From Lentisphaeria bacterium (lineage in GTDB: Bacteria; Verrucomicrobiota; Lentisphaeria; JABSQK01; JAWLHB01): a stretch of DNA of 64,000 bases. The DNA lies in contig JAWLHB010000005.1 of assembly GCA_041690595.1 (NCBI GenBank), positions 62,001 through 126,000 on the forward strand, read 5' to 3'. Under the pieces are notes generated by a model, which was given only the letters and a program-made list of their open reading frames with translations, ran no database searches and was not told the DNA's origin. Position 1 is the stretch's first letter. Every line of letters starts with the position of its first letter. Below are positions 57,093 through 64,000 of the stretch, piece by piece. Made by a program: the position numbers and the translations under genes.

Positions 57093-58214
57093 ATGTCGTT
57101 TTTTGGATCGGTGCTGACCAGCCTCGTGACGCTGCTGCACGTTTATGTCGTTGTGCGGGCGGGGACGCTGCCGTATTTCAGGCGGGGTTTGCCGCGAAAG
57201 ATCGTGATCGGCCTGGGCGTGGGGCTGTGGCTGCTCTTCTTCCTCGGGCGGGCTTACGGGGGAAACGAAGGGGCGTTGAGCGTGGCCCTGGAAGTGGTCG
57301 GTATGCACTGGATGGCGAGTGTTTTTCTGATGGCGGTAGGTGTCTTTGTCGCGGACCTGGCGTGTGGCTTCGGCTTCTTCTTTCGTGGCGCCTCGACCCG
57401 GATTCGGCTGGCGGGGCTGGGTGTCGGGGCGGGCATGGTTCTCCTTGCTCATATCCAGGGGCTTCGGCCCCCGGCGGTGGTGCATTACGATGTGCCGATC
57501 GCCGGCTTGGCTGAGGAGTTGGATGGCATGACAATCGGCATGATGTCGGACATGCACGCGGGGGAGATGCTGATCGGTTCGCGCTGGCTGAAGGCGCGGG
57601 TCGAGCAGCTGCAGGAGCTGGAGCCCGACAGCATTGTCCTGGTGGGCGACCTCTTCGAGCGCGGCTGCGATCCGGAGGAGATGGCACTGGTTCTGGCGCG
57701 TCTCTCGGCGCCGCTGGGCGTATGGGCGGTACGAGGAAACCACGATTCGCTGCGTCCGAATCGGCAGGACGTGACGGGGGAGATCCTCGCCGGCGCGGGT
57801 GTTCGCCTGCTTTCCAACGAGTGGAGCGAGATGCAGGCAGGCGTCGTGATCGCGGGTATCGATGACTTGACCTCGTCACGTCGGCGACCGGGCGAAGGGG
57901 AGGCCAACGTGGAACTGGCGCTGGCGAATCGTGGCGCGGGCGCAACGGTCTTCCTGTCGCATACACCCTGGATGACGGATCTCGCGGCGGCGGCTGGGGT
58001 GGATCTGATGCTTTCCGGGCACACGCATAACGGGCAGATCTGGCCTTTCAACTTCCTGGTCGGCACCCGGTATCCGTACGTGGGCGGCCACTACCAGATC
58101 GACGGCATGTCGCTGATCGTCACCCGCGGCACTGGTACGTGGGGGCCGCGCATGCGCCTCTGGCTACCGGGCGAGATCTCCCTCATCCGGCTGACGCGGA
58201 TAGATGGCGATTAG
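57093..58214 (+). CDS. Membrane metallophosphoesterase (YkuE-like)
   Basis: TM N-terminus; SDMH, GD, GNHD, SH.P, SGHTH.GQ. Confidence 0.9.
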   Translation: MSFFGSVLTSLVTLLHVYVVVRAGTLPYFRRGLPRKIVIGLGVGLWLLFFLGRAYGGNEGALSVALEVVGMHWMASVFLMAVGVFVADLACGFGFFFRGASTRIRLAGLGVGAGMVLLAHIQGLRPPAVVHYDVPIAGLAEELDGMTIGMMSDMHAGEMLIGSRWLKARVEQLQELEPDSIVLVGDLFERGCDPEEMALVLARLSAPLGVWAVRGNHDSLRPNRQDVTGEILAGAGVRLLSNEWSEMQAGVVIAGIDDLTSSRRRPGEGEANVELALANRGAGATVFLSHTPWMTDLAAAAGVDLMLSGHTHNGQIWPFNFLVGTRYPYVGGHYQIDGMSLIVTRGTGTWGPRMRLWLPGEISLIRLTRIDGD

Positions 58215-58227
58215 CCCACCGGGGAGA

Positions 58228-60435
58228 TCATTCGTGCTTATGAGAGCCAGGGGTATGGAGAAGACGCAGGGCATTGAAGATGACCAGGAGGGAGGCCCCC
58301 ATGTCGGCGGCGATTGCCATCCAGAGGGTCGCCAGGTGAAGCAGGGCGAGGGTCATGAAGATGGCCTTTATGGCCAGCGCGAAGACGATGTTCTGGCGGA
58401 TGACGGCGAGGGAGCGGCGCGCATGGCGCACCAGCCAGGGGAGGCGCATGAGGTCATCGGACATGAGGGCGATGTCGGCGGTTTCGATGGCGGCGTCGCT
58501 GCCCGCGGCACCCATGGCGATGCCGACCCTGGCGGTGGCGAGGGCCGGAGCATCGTTGACACCGTCACCCACCATGGCGACGAGGCCGTAGTCGCGTTCG
58601 AGGTCGCGGATGGCCTGCATCTTGTCTTCGGGCAGGAGTTCGGCGCGCACCTCATCAACGCCTATGGCGCGTCCCACGGCGTCGGCCGTGCCGTGGTTGT
58701 CACCGGTGAGCATGACAACGCGGGCGATGCCGGCGGCCTTCAGTCCGGCAACGAGGCTGGCGGCCTGTGGACGGATGGAATCCGCGACGCTGATCAGGCC
58801 GGCGATGTGCCGGTCGCTGCCGATGGCGATGACGGAGTGGCCGGCGTCTTCCATGCGCTGGACATGCTCGGGAACGCTCTCGTTGTCGACGCCTTTCTCG
58901 TGCAGGAGCCGGTCGCTTCCCACCCAGTAGCGGCGGCCGGCGATGGTGGCTTCCGCGCCGCGTCCGGGGAGGGAGCGGAAGTCTTCGGCCGGCAGGGGGT
59001 CGATAGTTGCAGCGCGGGCCTTTGCCAGAACAGCGGTAGCGAGAGGATGTTCGCTGTGAGCTTCGAGCGCGGCGGCGAGGGCGAGAAGGTCGTCCTGGGA
59101 ACGGTCGTCGAGGGGAACGAGCTGCTGGACCTCGGGGAGGCCCCTGGTCAGGGTTCCGGTCTTGTCCATGGCGAAGAGGCGGACGCGCCCCATGGCTTCG
59201 AGGAAGACACCACCTTTGATCAGGACTCCGGCGCGGGCGGCGGCAGTGAGAGCCGCGACGATGCTGACGGGGGTGGAAATCACGAGGGCGCAGGGGCAGG
59301 CGATGACCAGCACGACCAGCGCCTCGTAGAACCAGCGGCCCCATTCACCGCCAAAGAGGGGCGGGATGACCGCGACCAGGATCGCTACCGCGATCATGGC
59401 GGGCGTATAGTAGCGGGCGAAGGTCTCGACCCATTGCTCAACCGGCGCGCGCCTGGACTGGGCCTGCTCGACCATGCGGATGATGCGCGCGAGGGTCGTG
59501 TCGGCGGCAGCCTTGGTGCTCTGGAATTCGATGGCGCCGTCGATGTTGATCGTGCCGGCAAAGAGTTCGTCGCCTTCGTTCTTTTCGACGGGGATGGATT
59601 CACCGGTGATGGGGGCCTGGTTGACGGAGGTGCGGCCCTTGGTGAGGCAGCCGTCCAGCGGAATCCGTTCACCGGGGCGCACGAGGATGGTGGCGCCGGC
59701 GGGGATTTCGGCGACGGGCTTCATCATGATGTCGCCGTCGTGGGGGCAGAGGTAGCGGGCGGTGGGCGGGGTGAGGTCGACGAGGGTGCGAATGGCGCGG
59801 CGGGCGCGGCCCACGCTCCAGGATTCGAGGAGCAGAGACAAGGCGAAGAGGAAAGCGACGGTTCCAGCCTCGAACCACTGGCCGATGAGCATGGCGCCAA
59901 GGACGGCCAGGCTCATGAGCAGATTCATGTCGGCGCGCAGTCGACGGAGCGCAGCCCAGGCTTTGGGGGCGACAAACCAGCCGCCGGTCACCACGGCGGC
60001 GGCATAGAGGATGATCACGGGCAGGGGGAAGATGTGATGGTCGGTGCCTTCGCCGCCAAGGAGGGCATGGAACAGACTGCCGTGCAGGATGGCATGGGCC
60101 AGCAGCCCCAGGAGGACGAGGAGGCCGGAACTCCAGCAGAGGATCGCCCGCTGACGCCGTTGCCACCAGCTCTCTCCCGCGGCCCCGCCGGTTATGGCCT
60201 GGGGATCGACAGCATCGACGGCGAGCCCGGCGCGGCGAACCGCGGCGTGTATCTCCGGCTCGCCGATCCGGCTGGCGTCGTAGTCGACCGTCATGGTGGC
60301 ATCGAGGAGATTGCAGTCGAGGTTGTCGACGCCGGGCAGCTTGCCGACGGTGGAGCGCAGGGCGTTGACCTCCTCGCCGCAGCACATGCCGCGTATTCTG
60401 TAGGTGCGCCGCTGGTGATGTTCTGGACTTTCCAT
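58228..60435 (-). CDS. Heavy-metal P1B-type ATPase (Zn/Cd/Pb, ZntA/CadA-like)
   Basis: GMCCGEE metal-binding domain, TGES, CPC, DKTGT, SEHP, GDGVNDAP, ADMG. Confidence 0.93.
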   Translation of the reverse strand: MESPEHHQRRTYRIRGMCCGEEVNALRSTVGKLPGVDNLDCNLLDATMTVDYDASRIGEPEIHAAVRRAGLAVDAVDPQAITGGAAGESWWQRRQRAILCWSSGLLVLLGLLAHAILHGSLFHALLGGEGTDHHIFPLPVIILYAAAVVTGGWFVAPKAWAALRRLRADMNLLMSLAVLGAMLIGQWFEAGTVAFLFALSLLLESWSVGRARRAIRTLVDLTPPTARYLCPHDGDIMMKPVAEIPAGATILVRPGERIPLDGCLTKGRTSVNQAPITGESIPVEKNEGDELFAGTINIDGAIEFQSTKAAADTTLARIIRMVEQAQSRRAPVEQWVETFARYYTPAMIAVAILVAVIPPLFGGEWGRWFYEALVVLVIACPCALVISTPVSIVAALTAAARAGVLIKGGVFLEAMGRVRLFAMDKTGTLTRGLPEVQQLVPLDDRSQDDLLALAAALEAHSEHPLATAVLAKARAATIDPLPAEDFRSLPGRGAEATIAGRRYWVGSDRLLHEKGVDNESVPEHVQRMEDAGHSVIAIGSDRHIAGLISVADSIRPQAASLVAGLKAAGIARVVMLTGDNHGTADAVGRAIGVDEVRAELLPEDKMQAIRDLERDYGLVAMVGDGVNDAPALATARVGIAMGAAGSDAAIETADIALMSDDLMRLPWLVRHARRSLAVIRQNIVFALAIKAIFMTLALLHLATLWMAIAADMGASLLVIFNALRLLHTPGSHKHE

Positions 60436-60554
60436 GCCACCTACGATACGGATGCCAGGGGCCTTGTGCAACAGCAGACGGTGGCTTTCGAGGGCGCGAG
60501 CTTTTTTGCGAAGTGGGACTTGAAGGCGCAATAAATCTATGATAGCATAGATGC

Positions 60555-61637
60555 ATGAAAGGATCTCGGAAGGCGATGAAGAATTCTGGCAGCGAGTTGG
60601 TGGCCGCGTCGCTTCTCAAGCGTATCTTGAGGGGCGAGTGGGAGATTGGGGAGCGTATCCCTTCGGTGGACCATTTGGAGAAGGTCTTCCCGGTAAGCCG
60701 GGTGACGATCAGCAAAGGGATCCAGAAGCTCTGCCGACAGGGCTATCTGCACAGTGCCTGGCGGTCGGGGACGTTCGTGCGCAGCATAGAGCCGATCCGG
60801 CGCATCCTGCTGCACGTGGGGGGCGATCTGGGAGTGATCCGGACGTATCCCTTCAGCATGGTGGTGACGCGCAAGCTGGAAGAGCTGCTGACGCAAAACG
60901 GGATGCAGGCGGAGATTCACTGGGAGGCGCGGCAGCCCCTGGCGGGCAGCCGCCTGGCGGCGGACCTGACGGACGATCGCTTCGAAGGGATCATCTCGGT
61001 GCAGTCGAACCTGCCGGCATGGATCGAGAACGACCTGCCCACGCTGCTTGGCCGCCTGCCGATTGTTCACGTCGGGATCCATCACAATGTGCCGTGGGTC
61101 TTTGTCGACATGGTAGCCTTCAACCGTCATGCGCTTGCCCACTGTCGCCAGATGGGCTATCGGAACGCCTTCTACTTCAGTCCGCCCGATTCGTCGACGG
61201 AAGGTTTCACGGAGACGGGGGCGATGGAGGTACATGGCTGGTCACCGTCGGATGGGGATTGGCCGCAGGAGCCGACCGAGGATCGTGCCTATGCTTTGTT
61301 TCTGGCTGCCTGGAGTCGGCTCAACGGCAAGGTGGATGCCGTAATCGTGCCGGATGACGTTCTGGCGAAAGGGATCGTGCAGGCGCTGCTTTCGCTGGGT
61401 GCGGATGTCGCCAACCGGGTTGAGGTCATTGCCCTGACCAACAAGGATTCCGGTCTCTTTTATCCATTGGCGGTTAGAGCGATCGAGATCGATACGAATG
61501 AAGTTGCCCAGCACGCTGTGGCGCTGCTGGCGGATCAGTTCACCCACGGTGTCAGGAAAACGAGCAGCGGGATAGCCGTTGCCCCCTGCCCCGTCGAAGA
61601 GTTTCACACAACGCTACATACACAGGAGACTTGCTGA
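60555..61637 (+). CDS. GntR-family regulator with LacI-type sensor domain
   Basis: GERIPS...L...FPVSRVTI.K....L...G.L.....[13 protein letters not shown]. Confidence 0.82.
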   Translation: MKGSRKAMKNSGSELVAASLLKRILRGEWEIGERIPSVDHLEKVFPVSRVTISKGIQKLCRQGYLHSAWRSGTFVRSIEPIRRILLHVGGDLGVIRTYPFSMVVTRKLEELLTQNGMQAEIHWEARQPLAGSRLAADLTDDRFEGIISVQSNLPAWIENDLPTLLGRLPIVHVGIHHNVPWVFVDMVAFNRHALAHCRQMGYRNAFYFSPPDSSTEGFTETGAMEVHGWSPSDGDWPQEPTEDRAYALFLAAWSRLNGKVDAVIVPDDVLAKGIVQALLSLGADVANRVEVIALTNKDSGLFYPLAVRAIEIDTNEVAQHAVALLADQFTHGVRKTSSGIAVAPCPVEEFHTTLHTQETC

Positions 61638-62383
61638 TGAAGACACGAGGCATGGTGAACGCACGGCTGAAGGGATTCACCCTGATCGAGCTACTGGTCG
61701 TTATTGCGATAATATCCATCCTGGCGTCGCTGCTGCTGCCGGCGCTGCAGTCGGCCCGTGAGATGGCGCGACAAACAAGCTGCGCCAACCAGCTCAAGCA
61801 GGTAGCGTTATGCAATGTCATGTATGCCGATGATTTTGACGATTTTCTGCCGACGCGCAGCATGCCCAACCCGATCCGGCCGGCGCAGCCCCTGGATTCG
61901 GTGGTCTACCTGGGAACAAATTACAGCGGCGGCGGGACGAAGACGAGCTCATGGAAGGTATGGAATTGCCCGGTGGACAACATCCCGCCAGTCTATTATA
62001 TCCGCTATACCTACAGCCAGGTGACGGGGAATAACAGCATACACCTGAGCGCGTGGAACGGCGTCTTTCCCCTCTTCAAGACGAACTTCAGCATGACCGT
62101 GTGGAACTACAGCACACGCCAGTACGATGCATTTCGTCTATCGGAGGTGGACAGCCAGTCGATGACTAACAGCGAGCTCTACAGCAATGTGAATGTCATC
62201 AACGTGAATCCTGCCAGCTCGGCCTATGGGCAGGGCGTCTATGGTCGTGAAGTGGCACAGAACATGACTTTTGCCCACCGCGGCTACAAGGCCAATTTTG
62301 CCTTTGCGGATGGCCATATCGAGGCTCTGCAAAGGCAGAAGGCCATACTTGATCCCCGCGGCAACCGCTGGGAAGGCCGCTGA
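61637..62383 (+). CDS. Prepilin-type N-terminal/DUF1559 protein with H-X9-DG motif
   Basis: [29 protein letters not shown]....C.NQLKQ; H...ANFAFADGH. Confidence 0.9.
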   Translation: MKTRGMVNARLKGFTLIELLVVIAIISILASLLLPALQSAREMARQTSCANQLKQVALCNVMYADDFDDFLPTRSMPNPIRPAQPLDSVVYLGTNYSGGGTKTSSWKVWNCPVDNIPPVYYIRYTYSQVTGNNSIHLSAWNGVFPLFKTNFSMTVWNYSTRQYDAFRLSEVDSQSMTNSELYSNVNVINVNPASSAYGQGVYGREVAQNMTFAHRGYKANFAFADGHIEALQRQKAILDPRGNRWEGR

Positions 62384-62442
62384 TTGCCGCCAAGCTCAAG
62401 TCCTCCACGTCTTTTCGCTCATCATTCAGGAGAGCATCCACT

Positions 62443-63558
62443 GTGAAAGTAGCTGTACTTGGTGCCGGCGGCATGGGCCGCGGCGTTTCGCTTGCCACCG
62501 CCCGACATGAGCTGGTGGAAGAAGTCATCGCGGTCGACATCGTGGCGGAGCAGCTCGTTCCGCTGCAAGGGCGAGAGAAGATTCGTACGACGACACGGCT
62601 GGCGGATGCCCTGGACGATGACGCCGTGAAGCTCTGCCTGGTGACGGCGTCGAACGACGCGCATTATCCGCTGACGATGGCGGCGCTGGCGGCGGGCAAG
62701 GCGGTGATGTGCGAGAAGCCTATCGCCACGACACTGCGCGAGGCGCGGGAGATGGTGGAGACCGCGGAGCGGCTGGGGCTCTTCTTTCAGATCGGCTTTG
62801 AGTTGCGCTATTCCAAGCTCTACACCCGGGTGAAGGAATGGATCGACGCGGGGTACCTTGGCGAGGTCGTCAACACGCAGTGCACCTATATCTGCAGCGA
62901 GTTTCACCAGAAGGGGTCGTGGCGCAATCTGAAGGCGACGGGCGGCAGCATGTTCGGCGAGAAGCTCAGCCACTACGTGGATCTGCCGCGGTGGTGGGTG
63001 GGCTCGCCGGTGGTGGATGTCTTCTCCGCCTGTGCCCCGAATGTGGTCCCCTACTATGAGGTGCGCGACAATTACCACACCCTATACCGCTTCGCCAACG
63101 GCGCGGTGAGTCAGCTGACCTTCATCATGTATCTCGGTCAGACCTTCGATGGCGATCCGCTGCAGAATGTGGTGACTCAGCAGCAGGGGGACGGGCACCA
63201 GCTCACTTACCTGATCACCGGCACACGCGGGGGAGCTGCCACCGATGTCTTCAACCGCACGCTCAAGCGTTGGGAATTTGGCGATTCGGAGAAATCGATG
63301 ACGAGTCGCCTCGTCGAGGAGATCAGCTGGGATTCAAGCGAGGACGGCATCTACTTCCACAATGGGACGGATCAACACCTGGATATCCTTCGACGGGTGA
63401 ACGAAGGATTGCCACCGGCAACGCCAGCGCGCGACGCCTACGAAACGATGAAGCTGGTCTTTGCCGCGGAGCAGTCCGCGGATAGCGGGCAGATCGTACG
63501 GCTCGATACGCTGGAGCGTGCCGAGTGTGAAGCGAAGCTGGCTGGCGCCCTGCCATGA
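62443..63558 (+). CDS. Gfo/Idh/MocA oxidoreductase
   Basis: GAGGMG Rossmann motif; CEKP; GFELRY; GG. Confidence 0.9.
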   Translation: MKVAVLGAGGMGRGVSLATARHELVEEVIAVDIVAEQLVPLQGREKIRTTTRLADALDDDAVKLCLVTASNDAHYPLTMAALAAGKAVMCEKPIATTLREAREMVETAERLGLFFQIGFELRYSKLYTRVKEWIDAGYLGEVVNTQCTYICSEFHQKGSWRNLKATGGSMFGEKLSHYVDLPRWWVGSPVVDVFSACAPNVVPYYEVRDNYHTLYRFANGAVSQLTFIMYLGQTFDGDPLQNVVTQQQGDGHQLTYLITGTRGGAATDVFNRTLKRWEFGDSEKSMTSRLVEEISWDSSEDGIYFHNGTDQHLDILRRVNEGLPPATPARDAYETMKLVFAAEQSADSGQIVRLDTLERAECEAKLAGALP

Positions 63559-64000
63559 AGGTGGCGTGGTTGATCAGTGTGCTGGTGCTGCTTCTGACAC
63601 CGGCCATGCTGGCCTTGGAGATCGTCGCGGACGGCAAGAGCGCGCATGTCATCGTGGGCGAGGCGCAGAATCCCGCTGTTCAGGACCTGCGGCTTTATAT
63701 AGCCAGGATGACTGGCGTGGAACTGGAGATACTCGATCCTGGCATGCTCACGCTGCCCGAACAGGTGATTCTGGTGGATCCCAGTGTCGACGAACGGCTG
63801 CAGCCGCAGGAGTACCGGCTGCGGGTGGTTGGGCAGCGCGTGGAGATTCGTGCCGGTGGCGCCGATGGCCTGTCGCATGGTGTGTACGGGCTGCTCGATG
63901 ACCACTGGGGCTGCCGATTTCTGACGCGGCAGGAGGATTACGTACCGGAGCGGGCGAGGCTGTCGCTGCCCGATGAGCTGGACGAGAGCCGCGGCCCCTC
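63555..64000 (+). CDS. Secreted DUF4838-like protein, partial
   Basis: MKVAWLISVLVLLL...DLRLYIARMTG...GVYGLLDDHWGCRF; ATGA overlap; runs off right edge. Confidence 0.75.
   Translation, partial: MKVAWLISVLVLLLTPAMLALEIVADGKSAHVIVGEAQNPAVQDLRLYIARMTGVELEILDPGMLTLPEQVILVDPSVDERLQPQEYRLRVVGQRVEIRAGGADGLSHGVYGLLDDHWGCRFLTRQEDYVPERARLSLPDELDESRGP

Overview
GC-rich bacterial DNA, probably from a PVC-superphylum host (Lentisphaerae/Planctomycetes-like, inferred from DUF1559/prepilin-type and DUF4838-like genes). Positions 1 to ~41450 are a siphovirus-like prophage, mostly on the minus strand and truncated at the window's left edge. It carries tail, head and lambda-type packaging genes, a ParB-methylase, a primase/helicase/RusA/SSB/Sak4/RecE-like replication module, a phage sigma factor, a DUF2924-serine recombinase module, an XRE/ImmA switch, counter-oriented morons and a 4-gene His/Pro-rich transporter cargo operon. 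Between it and tRNA-Asn(GTT) (45209-45284, minus) sits a 3761-bp mini-element (AbiEi-AbiEii-serine recombinase). Both elements end in a related ~500-bp sequence terminating in the tRNA 3' hexamer, which suggests tandem integration. To the right are host genes (rpoZ, ABC exporter, DUF4838-like proteins, hydrolases, P1B ATPase, GntR regulator, oxidoreductase) and a gapped composite repeat region. Highlights: four copies of a CCGCCA-N14-GGTGAA motif heading prophage operons (candidate phage-sigma regulon), the TA-coupled mini-integrative element, DUF4062 and PIN-like morons, and the His/Pro operon. All family calls are by eye, without database searches.
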